Source: an uncultured delta proteobacterium
GTDB taxonomy: Bacteria > Myxococcota_A > Polyangia > Fen-1088
NCBI GenBank assembly: GCA_963796685.1
Contig: CAWCMR010000010.1
Span: 1-64,000, forward strand
DNA: 64,000 nt
Direction: 5' to 3'
Shown: positions 49,760 to 60,245 of the stretch, piece after piece
Numbering within the stretch: the first letter of the stretch is position 1
Layout of the letters: each line of letters begins with the position of its first letter
The notes under the pieces: generated by a model
Seen by the model: only the letters and a program-made list of their open reading frames with translations
The model's database searches: none
Told to the model about the DNA's origin: nothing
Position numbers and translations under genes: made by a program

Positions 49760-51412
49760 GTGGAGAGACCGCTGATCAACCGTCGCCAGTTCCTGCTGGC
49801 AACGACCCTGGCGGCGCCTTGGTCCTGCCGACGGGGATCGAGCCCGCACCGGCTCGTGGTGCCGCCGGCGCAGACAGGAGGGCGGCCCCTACCCCTGGGG
49901 CCGCCGCTGCACCCAGAAGCCCTGCCACGCTTCGTAGACCCGTTGCCCATTCCGCGCGTGCTGGTCCCGGATGGGCTTCGCGCGGATCCGACCGACGCGA
50001 GCAAGAAGATTCCCTACTACGGAATCACCATGCGCGAGACGCTCGCACGCGTCCACCGCGACGTCCCGCCGACGCGTTTCTGGAGCTATGGCGGCAGCGT
50101 GCCCTGTCCGACGCTCGAGACCCGCAGCGGGCGCGGCTTGCTCGTCGAATGGCAGAACGAGCTGCCGAGCCGTCACTTTCTTCCCATCGATCACACCTTG
50201 TGCGGTGCCGGAGCCGACCTACCCGAGGTGCGCGCCATCGCCCACGTGCACGGCGCACGCGTGCCGGCCAAGAGCGACGGGTATCCCATGGACTGGATTA
50301 CCCCAGGGCGCTCCGTGCTGTACCACTATCCCAACCATCAGGACGCGGCGCTGCTCTGGTATCACGACCACGCCATGGGCATCACGCGCCTCAATCACTA
50401 CGCCGGTATGTTCGGGTTGTTCGTCATTCGCGACGAGGTCGAGGACGCGCTTCGCCTGCCGAACGGCCGCCATGAAATCCCATTGATGATTTGCGACCGC
50501 AACTTCGGTCAGGATGGCCAGCTTCGCTACCCGACCTCGGGCGAGCCTGATGCGCCGTGGGTGCCCGAAGCCTACGGCGACGCGCTGCTGGTGAACCAGA
50601 AGCTCTTCCCGTACCTCGACGTGGAACCGGGGCGCTACCGCTTTCGCGTGGTCAACGCCTCGAATGGCCGCCTCTACTACCTTTCATTGTCCGAGGGTCG
50701 GTCCGAGGGTCGGTCCGAGGGTCGCACGTTTCACCAGATCGGAACCGACCAGGGCCTCTTGCCGGCGCCTATCGAGCTCGACAAACTCACGCTGGCGCCG
50801 GCCGAGCGGGCCGATGTGCTCGTCGACTTCAGTGGCGCCGCCGGAAAGAGCCTCGTCCTGCGCAGCCAGGCCTTCGAGCTGATGCAGTTCCGGGTGGGGA
50901 ACGGCCCGGTCCGGAAACCGGCGCCGCTGCCGGCGAGGCTGCGCCCCGTTCCCAAGCTCGACGCGGCCTCGGCGGTTACGACGCGGGTTCTCACGCTGAA
51001 CGGGTATCAAGATCCGAAGAACCACCGCATGCTCATGCTGCTCGACGGAAAGCGCTGGCACGAGCCGGTCACCGAGAAGGCCGAGCTGAATAGCGTCGAG
51101 ATCTGGGAACTGGTCAACCTGACCGAGGACACGCATCCGATTCATTTGCACCTGGTGCGCTTCCAGATCCTCGATCGCCAGCCCTTCGATGCCGACGAGT
51201 ACCTCACCTCGGGCAAGCTGATCGCGCGCAAGCCGGTGCCGCCTGGACCGGACGAAGCCGGCTGGAAAGACACGGTGCGGGCAGACCCTGGGATGATCAC
51301 CCGCATCATCATTCGATTCGAAGGTTATGCCGGCCGCTACGTCTGGCACTGCCACCTGCTCGAGCACGCCGCCAACGAAATGATGCGTCCACTCGAAATC
51401 GTGTCATCTTGA
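49760..51412 (+). CDS. Tat-exported multicopper oxidase (CotA/bilirubin oxidase-like)
   Basis: RRQFL; HVHG, WYHDH, HPIHLH, HCHLLEH...MM. Confidence 0.93.
   Translation: MERPLINRRQFLLATTLAAPWSCRRGSSPHRLVVPPAQTGGRPLPLGPPLHPEALPRFVDPLPIPRVLVPDGLRADPTDASKKIPYYGITMRETLARVHRDVPPTRFWSYGGSVPCPTLETRSGRGLLVEWQNELPSRHFLPIDHTLCGAGADLPEVRAIAHVHGARVPAKSDGYPMDWITPGRSVLYHYPNHQDAALLWYHDHAMGITRLNHYAGMFGLFVIRDEVEDALRLPNGRHEIPLMICDRNFGQDGQLRYPTSGEPDAPWVPEAYGDALLVNQKLFPYLDVEPGRYRFRVVNASNGRLYYLSLSEGRSEGRSEGRTFHQIGTDQGLLPAPIELDKLTLAPAERADVLVDFSGAAGKSLVLRSQAFELMQFRVGNGPVRKPAPLPARLRPVPKLDAASAVTTRVLTLNGYQDPKNHRMLMLLDGKRWHEPVTEKAELNSVEIWELVNLTEDTHPIHLHLVRFQILDRQPFDADEYLTSGKLIARKPVPPGPDEAGWKDTVRADPGMITRIIIRFEGYAGRYVWHCHLLEHAANEMMRPLEIVSS
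50689..50724 (+). repeat. 12-bp tandem repeat x3 (SEGR) within the multicopper oxidase
   Basis: GTCCGAGGGTCG three times, in frame. Confidence 0.9.
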
Positions 51413-51612
51413 TCGCTCGGCGAGGACCAGCTACAAGCGGTCCTGGCGTGGACGCGGCTTTTTCAACAATTTCATTCCAGCCGGACTTGCGGTGGGTCCG
51501 GCGCCGCAAGCGCGTGCTAAATGCGCAGGGCCGTGTCTGCCTGCGAGATATCCCATGTTCGTCAAGGGCCAGGCGTGGCCACAGGCGCAGGTCGCTCGAC
51601 CGGGGGACTTGG

Positions 51613-53073
51613 ATGATGGCGCGGCTGGCGTTTCGTGTTGGCCTGGTGGCTTGCGCCTTGCTCGCCTCCACGCGCGCGAGTGCCCAGGACGGACCGCCGG
51701 CTCCGCACGAGGACGCCGCCTTCGACTTCATGAACCTGCTCTCGCACCATGGCTTGCACGACCTCGACAACGAGCGCTGGAACGTCTACGGACAGCTCAC
51801 CTACATCTCGAGCTGGAAGCCGGCGTTCCAGACTCCCTACACCAACGCCAATGGCAGCACCAACTCGCTTGTGCCAGGCGCCGAGCGAAGCTTCACCGGC
51901 ACCTTCTCCTTGTTCCTCGGGCTCGGGCTTTGGCAGGGCGGCGAAATCTATGCGGTTCCCGAGGCCATCACCGAGCGGCCGCTCTCGCAACTACACGGGA
52001 TCGGCGGCGCGATTCAGAACTTCGAGCTTCAGAAGACCGGCGGCGAGACGCCCCAACTCTATCTGGCGCGCCTGTTTTATCGGCAGACCTTCGGGTTGGG
52101 CGGCGACCGCATCGTCAAGACGTCCAATCCGCTCCAGCTCGGGACCGTGACGGGCAGTCGTAGACTCGTCCTGACCCTTGGCAATTTCAGTATCCTCGAC
52201 GTATTCGACCGGAATTCCGTCACCGGGGATCCGCGCCAGACCTTCTTCAACATGGCTTTCATGACCCACGCTTCGTGGGACTTCACCGCGGATGCACGCG
52301 GGTACTCGTGGGGCGGTGCCGCCGAGCTCTACTGGGAGCGATGGGTGCTGCGTTTCGGTCGGTTCACGCCGCCCAAGAACCCGAACCAGCTTCCGGTCGA
52401 TTTCAGGATCTGGGAGCACTACGGCGACCAGATCGAGCTGGAGCACGATCACCTGCTGCTGGGACGTCCCGGTGCCGTGCGTCTGCTCGGCTATCGAAAC
52501 CGAGTGCTCACCGGGCGCTTCGACGACGCCATCGCGGTGTTCGAGGCCAATCCGGCGGACAACGCCGCCGCCTGCACCGGTTTCAACTATGGATCGAGAA
52601 ACACTGGGGCACCTGACCTCTGCTGGGTTCGCGGACCCAATGTGAAGCTCGGCATCGGAATCAACCTCGAACAGGATGTCGCCAAGGACGTCGGTGTGTT
52701 CCTTCGCGCCATGTTTTCCGACGGGCAAACCGAGGTCGATGCCTACAATTCAGCCGACCGCTCCCTCTCCTTTGGCGCCGTGGCCAAGGGCTCCTTGTGG
52801 CGGCGGCCATTCGACGTGGTGGGCGTCGGGTTCGGCATGAGCTGGATCTCGGACGTCCACGCCAGGTACCTGGCCCTGGGCGGCGTCGACGGCTTTGTCG
52901 GCGACGGTCATCTTCGGCAAGGCGCAGAGGGCATTGTCGAGGGATTCTACAGCGTGAACCTTCTCGAGGCGGTCTGGCTGGCAGCAGACTATCAGTTCCT
53001 GTGGAACCCCGGATTCAACGCCGACCGAGGCCCCGTTCACATCCTGGGAGCGAAGATCCACGCCGAGTTCTAG
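51613..53073 (+). CDS. OprB-type (MnoP-like) porin
   Basis: Signal peptide; YGQLTYI, DARGYSWG, NPGFNADRGP...HAEF. Confidence 0.85.
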   Translation: MMARLAFRVGLVACALLASTRASAQDGPPAPHEDAAFDFMNLLSHHGLHDLDNERWNVYGQLTYISSWKPAFQTPYTNANGSTNSLVPGAERSFTGTFSLFLGLGLWQGGEIYAVPEAITERPLSQLHGIGGAIQNFELQKTGGETPQLYLARLFYRQTFGLGGDRIVKTSNPLQLGTVTGSRRLVLTLGNFSILDVFDRNSVTGDPRQTFFNMAFMTHASWDFTADARGYSWGGAAELYWERWVLRFGRFTPPKNPNQLPVDFRIWEHYGDQIELEHDHLLLGRPGAVRLLGYRNRVLTGRFDDAIAVFEANPADNAAACTGFNYGSRNTGAPDLCWVRGPNVKLGIGINLEQDVAKDVGVFLRAMFSDGQTEVDAYNSADRSLSFGAVAKGSLWRRPFDVVGVGFGMSWISDVHARYLALGGVDGFVGDGHLRQGAEGIVEGFYSVNLLEAVWLAADYQFLWNPGFNADRGPVHILGAKIHAEF

Positions 53074-53075
53074 TC
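53032..53075 (+). repeat. 44-bp direct repeat, copy 1 (porin 3' end)
   Basis: 43/44 identical to 58701-58744. Confidence 0.9.
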
Positions 53076-53107
53076 TAGGGTCCGGCACTTGGGACCTTCC
53101 GGGACCA

Positions 53108-53821
53108 TCACGGAGCTGCCATCGGTGCCGCCGCGACCTCGCTCGATGGCCCGCCGGGCGTCGTAGTGCGCTTGGGGAGCTCGCGGTCGAGGGCAAGATT
53201 GGTCTCGAGGACGTTCAGACGCGGCTCTCCGAACAGACCCCATTGTCGGCCCTTGGTCTGGCGTACCAGGAGCGCCTTCACCTCTTCGACCGTCACCCCG
53301 CGGGCATTGGCCACACGCGCAGCCTGCAGGCCGGCGTTGGCAGGCGTGATATCCGGGTCGAGCCCGCTTCCCGAGCGCGTGACTGCGTCGCCGGGAACCA
53401 AGACATCCGCCGGCAGATGGTTTTCCAAGCGGTACTCGGTAACAAGCTGCTTGATGCCGGCAAAGGATTCATCCACGTCCTTGGTCTTGGGATCATCGAT
53501 GGCACCGTTGAGCAGCTTGTCGCTGATAGGGCCAAGGTTGGTGCCGCCGGAGTTGGCGGCGTCGTAGCCGGCACCGGCGGCGGAAGGGCGAGGATGGAAG
53601 TACTCCGGCATCTTGAAACCTTGCGCAAGCAGGCCGGATCCGACGGCGCGCTCGGGGTTTGTGCCGTTGCCCTGCCGGTCGACAAGCGATCCATCGGCTT
53701 CGCGTCGCATGACGGTGTGCCCGATGGCGTACACGGCAAGCGGATAAAGCACACAGCCAAGCACGGCGACGGCGACTGTGGCTCGAAGGGAAACCCAGGT
53801 TTCGTGAATGAGATTGCGCAT
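53108..53821 (-). CDS. kdpC: K+-transporting ATPase subunit C
   Basis: YFHPRPSA, SGSGLDPDI, NVLETNLALD. Confidence 0.95.
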   Translation of the reverse strand: MRNLIHETWVSLRATVAVAVLGCVLYPLAVYAIGHTVMRREADGSLVDRQGNGTNPERAVGSGLLAQGFKMPEYFHPRPSAAGAGYDAANSGGTNLGPISDKLLNGAIDDPKTKDVDESFAGIKQLVTEYRLENHLPADVLVPGDAVTRSGSGLDPDITPANAGLQAARVANARGVTVEEVKALLVRQTKGRQWGLFGEPRLNVLETNLALDRELPKRTTTPGGPSSEVAAAPMAAP

Positions 53822-53823
53822 GG

Positions 53824-55878
53824 TCACACCATTCCAAGAAGGTTGTGGACGACGAGGTCGATGAGCTTGATGCCGATGAAGGGGACGACCAATCCGCCAA
53901 GACCGTAGATGAGGAGATTGCGGCGCAGGATCTCGCCCGCGCCCGATGGGCGGAAATTCACGCCTCGCAAGGCCAGGGGCACGAGACAAATGATGATGAG
54001 CGCGTTGAAGATGACCGCGCTCAGGATCGCGCTGCCGGGTGACCCGAGTCCCATGATGTTGAGGGGCGCAATCTGCGGAAAGGCGCCGATCAGCATCGCC
54101 GGGATGATGGCGAAGTATTTTGCGACATCATTGGCCACGCTGAAGGTGGTGAGCGCCCCGCGCGTGATCAGCATCTGTTTGCCGATCTCCACGACCTCGA
54201 TGAGCTTGGTTGGGTTGCTGTCGAGGTCGACCATGTTGCCCGCCTCCTTGGCGGCTTGCGTGCCCGAGTTCATAGCCACCCCCACGTCGGCTTGGGCGAG
54301 CGCGGGCGCATCGTTGGTTCCGTCGCCGGTCATGGCCACGAGATGCCCTCCTTCTTGCTCGCGACGGATGAGGGCCAGCTTGTTCTCAGGCGTCGCCTCG
54401 GCCAAGAAATCGTCCACGCCCGCTTCTTTCGCGATGGCCGCGGCGGTCAACGGGTTATCGCCCGTGATCATGATCGTCCGGATGCCCATGGCGCGAAAGC
54501 GACTGAAGCGATCGACGAGCCCTTCCTTGACCACGTCCTTGAGGTGGACGACGCCCAGTACCTTTCCGGCTTGCGAGACGACAAGGGGCGTCCCCCCACT
54601 GCGTGCAATGCCGTCGACCGCGGTTTGAACCTCGCCGGGCAAGGCTCCGCCCACCAGAGCCTTGACCGCGTCCGCGGCGCCCTTGCGGATCGCTCGTCCA
54701 TCCATGTCCACACCGCTCATGCGCGTCTTTGCCGAAAACGGGACGAAGGTGGCAGTCGGCAAGTCATCCGAGCTGCGCGCGGGTTGCCCAAGCTTCTCGG
54801 CAAGTGTCACGATGCTGCGACCTTCCGGGGTCTCGTCCGCCAATGAGGATAGTTGCGCCGCCTGGGCGAGCTCGTGCGAAGTCACGCCCGGCGCGGGCAG
54901 CAGCGCGACCGCCTGGCGATTGCCGTGGGTGATGGTTCCGGTCTTGTCGAGAAGGAGCGTATGCACATCTCCCGCCGCTTCCACGGCCTTGCCGCTCATG
55001 GCAAGCACGTTCTTCTGCACCATGCGATCGATGCCCGCGATGCCGATGGCGCTGAGCAGTCCACCGATGGTGGTTGGGATTAAACAGACCAAGAGCGCGG
55101 TCAGCACGGTCACCGAGAACGCCGAGGCTGACAGCGTGGGGGTGTAGCTTTGGATGTACGCCCCGAACGGCCGCAGGAAGAAGCACACCAACAGGAAAAT
55201 GATGGTGAGCGCCGACAGCAGGATGTTGAGGGCGATTTCGTTCGGCGTCTTCTGGCGCTTGGCTCCCTCGATGAGCGAGATCATGCGGTCGAGGAAGCTC
55301 TTGCCCGGATCGGCAGTCACTCGGATGCGCAGTTGGTCCGAGATCACGGTGGTCCCGGCGGTGACGGCCGAGCGGTCGCCGCCGGACTCGCGCAAAACCG
55401 GGGCTGACTCGCCGGTGATGACCGACTCGTCTACCATCGCGGCGCCCGCGACGATCTCTCCGTCGGCGGGAACGATCTCGTGGGCTGGCACGAGCACCTC
55501 GTCGTCCTTGCGCAGGAGCTCGGACGGGACGGTTTCGGTGGTCCCGTCGGGATGCAGGCGCCGCCCGAACGCCTTCTTGCGTCCGCGGCGAAGCGCATCG
55601 GCCTGCGCCTTGCCCCGTCCTTCCGCCAGCGCCTCGGCGAAATTGGCGAACAGCACCGTGAACCAGAGCCAGACACAGATCTGCAGCACGAAGCTGACCG
55701 ATTCGCCGTGTGACTTGGCGCGCAGGATCTCGACGGTCGTGACCAGCGCACCGATCTCGGTCACGAACATGACCGGGTTCTTGACCATGTGACGCGGGTT
55801 CATCTTGGCAAAGCTCGCGCGGATGGCGGGGAATAGAATCTCGGGCTCGAAGACGGAACGTTTCTTGGCGGTGGTCAT
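53824..55878 (-). CDS. kdpB: K+-transporting ATPase subunit B
   Basis: [22 protein letters not shown]. Confidence 0.97.
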   Translation of the reverse strand: MTTAKKRSVFEPEILFPAIRASFAKMNPRHMVKNPVMFVTEIGALVTTVEILRAKSHGESVSFVLQICVWLWFTVLFANFAEALAEGRGKAQADALRRGRKKAFGRRLHPDGTTETVPSELLRKDDEVLVPAHEIVPADGEIVAGAAMVDESVITGESAPVLRESGGDRSAVTAGTTVISDQLRIRVTADPGKSFLDRMISLIEGAKRQKTPNEIALNILLSALTIIFLLVCFFLRPFGAYIQSYTPTLSASAFSVTVLTALLVCLIPTTIGGLLSAIGIAGIDRMVQKNVLAMSGKAVEAAGDVHTLLLDKTGTITHGNRQAVALLPAPGVTSHELAQAAQLSSLADETPEGRSIVTLAEKLGQPARSSDDLPTATFVPFSAKTRMSGVDMDGRAIRKGAADAVKALVGGALPGEVQTAVDGIARSGGTPLVVSQAGKVLGVVHLKDVVKEGLVDRFSRFRAMGIRTIMITGDNPLTAAAIAKEAGVDDFLAEATPENKLALIRREQEGGHLVAMTGDGTNDAPALAQADVGVAMNSGTQAAKEAGNMVDLDSNPTKLIEVVEIGKQMLITRGALTTFSVANDVAKYFAIIPAMLIGAFPQIAPLNIMGLGSPGSAILSAVIFNALIIICLVPLALRGVNFRPSGAGEILRRNLLIYGLGGLVVPFIGIKLIDLVVHNLLGMV

Positions 55879-55900
55879 GGTGTCTCCTAAGGACGCAAAA

Positions 55901-57634
55901 TCAGAAAGTCAGGCTCGACGAGGTCATCAGGAAATGCTCGACGATGGGTCCCACCGCGAGCGACGGAAAGAAGGTCAGCGCCCCGACGATGATGACGGTG
56001 GCGGTGAGCAGAACGACGAAGGTAGGTCCCGTCACCGGGAAACTGCCGGCGTCGGCGGGCGTGGCCTTCTTCTGCACCAGCGCGCCGGCCAGAGCGAGAA
56101 CTGGAATTGCAGGAAAGACTCGACCAAAAAGGATCGAGAGCCCCTGGACGAGGTTCCACATGATGTTGCCATTGGTCGGCGTCATGGTGAGGCCAGCCAG
56201 CGCGGAGCCGTTGTTACCCACTCCCGATGCAAAGGCGTAGAGCATCTCGGAGAAGCCGCGCGGACCACCGTTGTTGAGGCCCGCGGTTGCCCAAGAGGCA
56301 ACGCTTGCCCAAGCAGTCCCGCCCAGCGTGAAGACGGAAACCACGAGCAGGGAGAGGGCCGCCAGCTTCACGTCACGTGCCTGGATCTTTTTGCCCAAGT
56401 ACTCGGGCGTGCGCCCCACCATGAGGCCCGCGATGAAGATGGCCACGAAGACGAAGACCAACATGCCGTAAAGACCGCTGCCCACGCCCCCGAAGATGAC
56501 CTCGCCCATGAGGATGTTCCCCAAAGTCACGAGAGCGCCGAGCGGTGTGAACGAATCGTGCATCGCATTCACGGCACCGCAACCGGTGGCGGTGGTCATG
56601 GACGCGAAGATCGAGGAATTGGCAATCCCGAAGCGGACCTCTTTGCCCTCCATGTTTCCGAACGAGGGATCCACGCCCAGCGCAAGCAGCCTCGGATTGC
56701 CGTGCGCCTCGGCCCACCAGCAGACCAGAATGCCGACCATCAGCATGCCGAACATGCTCGCCCACACTGCCCAACCATGGCGCTGGTTCTTGACCATGCG
56801 ACCGAGGTAGTACGTGAGCGCGCTGCAAATTGCGATGAAGAGAACGATTTGAACGAAGTTGGACAGTGGCGTGGGGTTCTCGAAGGGGTGGGCTGCATTC
56901 ACGTTCATGTAGCCGCCGCCGTTGGTGCCCAGCATCTTGATCGCCATCTGCGAGGCGATAGGGCCCTGCGCAATGGTTTGGGTTGCACCCTCCACGGTTT
57001 TGGCCGCCGTGTAGGGCAGGAAATTCTGGGGAATTCCCTGGAACATCATGAATACCGAGTAGATGAGGGCCGCTGGGATGAACAAGTAGAGAGTCTGTCG
57101 GATGAGGTCGCGCCAGAAATTGCCAACCGTCGAGCCGGACGAGCGCGCGATCCCTCGCACCAGGACGGCCGCGGTTGCAATACCGATAGCCGGGGAGGCG
57201 AAATTGTGGAACACCAAGGCCACCATCTGTGAGAGGTAGCTCATGGTGCTTTCGCCGCCGTAGCTTTGCCAGTTGGTGTTGGTGCTGAAGCTGACCGCGG
57301 TATTGAACGCAAGATCCGGCCTGACCGTGGCCATGTGTTGAGGATTGAGCGGCAAGATGTGTTGGATGCGCAAGAGAACGTAGGTGAAGATCGTCGTGAC
57401 TCCAGTGAAAATCACCATGGAGACGGCAAAGCCTTTCCAGGTCTGTTCGCGCTTGGGATCCACTCCGAGGGCTCGGTAGCACAGGCGCTCCACCGGCCCG
57501 AGCACCTTTGCCAGCCAGGGTTGCCCGCCCACCTCGGGGTCGAGAACCTTCACGAGGTAGACGCCGAGAGGCTTGGTGATGACAATGAAGCCAGCGACGA
57601 TGAGTGCGAGCTGAATCCAACCGGCGGTATTCAT
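55901..57634 (-). CDS. kdpA: K+-transporting ATPase subunit A
   Basis: [32 protein letters not shown]. Confidence 0.97.
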   Translation of the reverse strand: MNTAGWIQLALIVAGFIVITKPLGVYLVKVLDPEVGGQPWLAKVLGPVERLCYRALGVDPKREQTWKGFAVSMVIFTGVTTIFTYVLLRIQHILPLNPQHMATVRPDLAFNTAVSFSTNTNWQSYGGESTMSYLSQMVALVFHNFASPAIGIATAAVLVRGIARSSGSTVGNFWRDLIRQTLYLFIPAALIYSVFMMFQGIPQNFLPYTAAKTVEGATQTIAQGPIASQMAIKMLGTNGGGYMNVNAAHPFENPTPLSNFVQIVLFIAICSALTYYLGRMVKNQRHGWAVWASMFGMLMVGILVCWWAEAHGNPRLLALGVDPSFGNMEGKEVRFGIANSSIFASMTTATGCGAVNAMHDSFTPLGALVTLGNILMGEVIFGGVGSGLYGMLVFVFVAIFIAGLMVGRTPEYLGKKIQARDVKLAALSLLVVSVFTLGGTAWASVASWATAGLNNGGPRGFSEMLYAFASGVGNNGSALAGLTMTPTNGNIMWNLVQGLSILFGRVFPAIPVLALAGALVQKKATPADAGSFPVTGPTFVVLLTATVIIVGALTFFPSLAVGPIVEHFLMTSSSLTF

Positions 57635-57717
57635 TAGAAGCTCTCCGGGCGCAAGAGTGACCAGAACAGATAGACCACGAGTCCAGCCGAAACGAGAGTG
57701 ACCAGCACAGTTTCCAT
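57634..57717 (-). CDS. kdpF: KdpF subunit (27 aa)
   Basis: METVLVTLVSAGLVVYLFWSLLRPESF, hand-translated; stop overlaps the kdpA start. Confidence 0.9.
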   Translation of the reverse strand: METVLVTLVSAGLVVYLFWSLLRPESF

Positions 57718-57719
57718 GA

Positions 57720-57803
57720 CTAGAGCCTTTCGCAGCCCGCGGTGTAGGCGAGCGCAATCGCGAAGAACGCTATGGTGACGGCGACGAAGAGAACATCCAA
57801 CAT
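57720..57803 (-). CDS. small kdp-associated membrane peptide (27 aa)
   Basis: MLDVLFVAVTIAFFAIALAYTAGCERL, preceded by a GGAGG RBS. Confidence 0.75.
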   Translation of the reverse strand: MLDVLFVAVTIAFFAIALAYTAGCERL

Positions 57804-57827
57804 TGGTTAGCCTCCGCCACCGTGGAG

Positions 57828-57843
57828 AGCACCTACCGTGCCA
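57828..57843 (-). promoter_or_regulatory. sigma54 (-24/-12) promoter of the kdp operon
   Basis: TGGCAC-GGTAG-GTGCT, GG-N10-GC. Confidence 0.7.
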
Positions 57844-57873
57844 TGTGGCTTTGCAAGGGCGCCAAGTCGTCTA

Positions 57874-58700
57874 TCAACACGAAAGGTTGCGCGATTCCAT
57901 GGCATCCGATTCCTCTGCGTACCCATGCGTTCGCAACAAGCTGGAAACACTCCGTTGTGGATTGCAGAGCTCTTTCTGGCGGCCAATTGCATCTTGCAAC
58001 CTGACTGCTGTCAGCCCTCGCAGTCGGACGGTCCCTTCCCGCCGTCCTCCCGCGCGTACAGCTCGACGTTTGCGCCACAGCGTGGTGCCGGAGATTCCAA
58101 GAATGGCAGCGACGTCTTTGCGATCCCTCACGCGAGCCGTAATGCTCAGGATGTGCTCCTTTTCCAAGGCATGCAGCGTGACGTTGTTGCCCACGCGTGG
58201 ACGCCGAAAGACGTGGGCGGTGTGGATGGGTGCGAACGCCTCGGGCTCCAAGACTTCCGCCGGCCAGATTAGGAGAGCGTGCTCAACGAGATTCTCGAGC
58301 TCGCGAAGGTTGCCCGGCCACGTGTGCTGCAAGAGCACGGCTTCTGCGTCTTGCGAGAGCGTCGGTACCCTGCGACCGAGATTGGCGCTGTACGAGTCGA
58401 GCAGTGCTCGCACCAAAGGCAAGATGTCTTCGCGTCTCTCTCGCAAGGGTGGAACGCGAATGTCGACGACATTCAATCGGTAGAACAGGTCGTTGCCAAA
58501 GCTCCCCTTCTCCACCTCACTGATGAGGTCGTGTTTGGTGGCCGAGATGATGCGGGTCGGGGGTGTGGCAGAGAAGGCCGCAGAAGATTCCAAAAGGTGA
58601 GCAAGCCGAGCCTGAAGCTTGGGTGCAAGCTTCGCCACCTCGTCAAGAAAGAGAGTCCCGCCGCGCCGACGCTTCGGTGCCGAACGATTGTCACGGCGGT
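57874..58700 (-). pseudogene. 5'-truncated sigma54-dependent activator (AAA+ C-terminal half plus Fis HTH)
   Basis: GGTLFLDEV, DLFYRLNV, WPGNLRELEN, LGISGTTLWRK; no Walker A, GAFTGA or receiver domain. Confidence 0.8.
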
Positions 58701-58744
58701 CCCGTTCACATCCTGGGAGCGAAGCTCCACGCCGAGTTCTAGTC
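58701..58744 (+). repeat. 44-bp direct repeat, copy 2
   Basis: CCCGTTCACATCCTGGGAGCGAAGCTCCACGCCGAGTTCTAGTC. Confidence 0.9.
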
Positions 58745-58753
58745 CGGCTCGCT

Positions 58754-60142
58754 CTACCAGCCGAGGCGTGTCTTGAGCTCGGCGGTGACCAGCTCGCTCA
58801 TCTTCGCGTGGGTCTTCGCGCTGGGGTGCCAGTCGCAGCCATAGCCATCCGAGGACTGCTGCACCGGGAACTCGAGGAACGACATCTTGGTATCGCCCTC
58901 GCTGCTACGCGTGTCGATCACGTTTTGGATGTGACCCTTGATGGCGGTCAGGTTGGCGCCGTCGAGCATGGGGCCGATGGTCAGAACGAAGTAGGTGTCC
59001 GGGTATTTCTGCCGCAGGGTGCGGACGAAGCTCAGGTAGGCGGTCTCGTAGGGGGTGCCAGGATCGCCGTTGGTGGACGCGTCGTTGGTGCCCAAGTTGA
59101 CGATCACCGCGTGCGGCTGCCAGGACGAGAAATCCCAGACGCTTCCGGACTGCGACGCCAGGGTGCGCGCGTACACGGAAGGCATGGCATCGGACGAGGC
59201 GCCAGAGACATTGTAGTTCCGGTACATGCCGATCCCCGACCAGGCAATGGTGTGCAGGTCGGCGCCGAGGTCGCGCGCGGCGAGCGCGCCGTAGGTGAGG
59301 TAGTGGTTCTCCGTATCCGGAGACCAGGAACAGTTCTGGTCGGGACCATCCAAGCCATATCCCGCGGTAATCGAGTCACCATAGATCTCGATGCGACGGT
59401 CGGGCGCCGCGGGAGGCGCTTGCAGTTGCCCGCCGACGACGTCGAGCCCGAGGAAGCGATTTTCGCCCTGGTCGCCTTCGGTTCGCTTCCAGACGACCAC
59501 GTCGTGAACGCCGGCGGAAAGTCCGGTTGCCAGCGCGTACTGCGTGGCGCCGCTCACGACCTTGAGAACCGACGACGACACGGTACCGTCCACCACCACC
59601 GCGAACTGGTTCGGGCTGCCATCGATGCGCAGGGTTGCGCCGGTGCCCTGGAAGCGCGCGATCATCGCGCTGCCGGACCAACCGAACGAGGGCCGCGTGG
59701 CATCGGTCATGTCAAAGCGGCCCTGCAGGCGCGTCGAGGCTTCGCCGCCGCCGCTATCCTTGCTGCCATCCGGGGAGGCATCGCCGCCGCCGTCACGCAA
59801 GCCGGAAGAGCCTCCCGTGCTCGACACTGCGCCCGCATCCGACGCGCCGCCCGCGCTGGTGGTGCCGCCCGCGTTGGTAGTGCCGCCCGTGTTGGTGGTG
59901 CCACCCGCGCTGGTGGTGCCGCCCGTCCCCGACGCACTACCGCTGCCGGCTTTCCCACCGTTGCTCGACGCGCCACCGATCCCCGACGCACCGCCGTTGC
60001 CGAACATACCGCCGCTCCCACCCTTGGAAGCACCGCCGCTTCCGTCGGAACCATCGTCGCTGCTGCCACAGCCGAAGGCGGGGAAGACGCCCAATACGCC
60101 GGTTAGGCCGAGGCACAGCTTGGCCAGCGATGAATGTTTCAT
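58754..60142 (-). CDS. SGNH/GDSL lipoprotein esterase (CE2-like) with Gly/Ser/Thr linker
   Basis: FGC lipobox; GDSITAGYG, WSGIG, NLGTND, DWHP. Confidence 0.9.
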   Translation of the reverse strand: MKHSSLAKLCLGLTGVLGVFPAFGCGSSDDGSDGSGGASKGGSGGMFGNGGASGIGGASSNGGKAGSGSASGTGGTTSAGGTTNTGGTTNAGGTTSAGGASDAGAVSSTGGSSGLRDGGGDASPDGSKDSGGGEASTRLQGRFDMTDATRPSFGWSGSAMIARFQGTGATLRIDGSPNQFAVVVDGTVSSSVLKVVSGATQYALATGLSAGVHDVVVWKRTEGDQGENRFLGLDVVGGQLQAPPAAPDRRIEIYGDSITAGYGLDGPDQNCSWSPDTENHYLTYGALAARDLGADLHTIAWSGIGMYRNYNVSGASSDAMPSVYARTLASQSGSVWDFSSWQPHAVIVNLGTNDASTNGDPGTPYETAYLSFVRTLRQKYPDTYFVLTIGPMLDGANLTAIKGHIQNVIDTRSSEGDTKMSFLEFPVQQSSDGYGCDWHPSAKTHAKMSELVTAELKTRLGW

Positions 60143-60245
60143 GGTCGAGCTCCTGGTTTCGGTAGCCAGACAGTATCGCGATGATGATCGAAAAAGGGAA
60201 GCAGGTCGTATGCGTGGACGTCACCGTGGGTGCGCAGTCGCGCCG

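Noticed and set aside
59840-60060. GGTGCCGCCCGC-type repeats
   Set aside because: They encode the ordinary Gly/Thr/Ser linker of a lipoprotein
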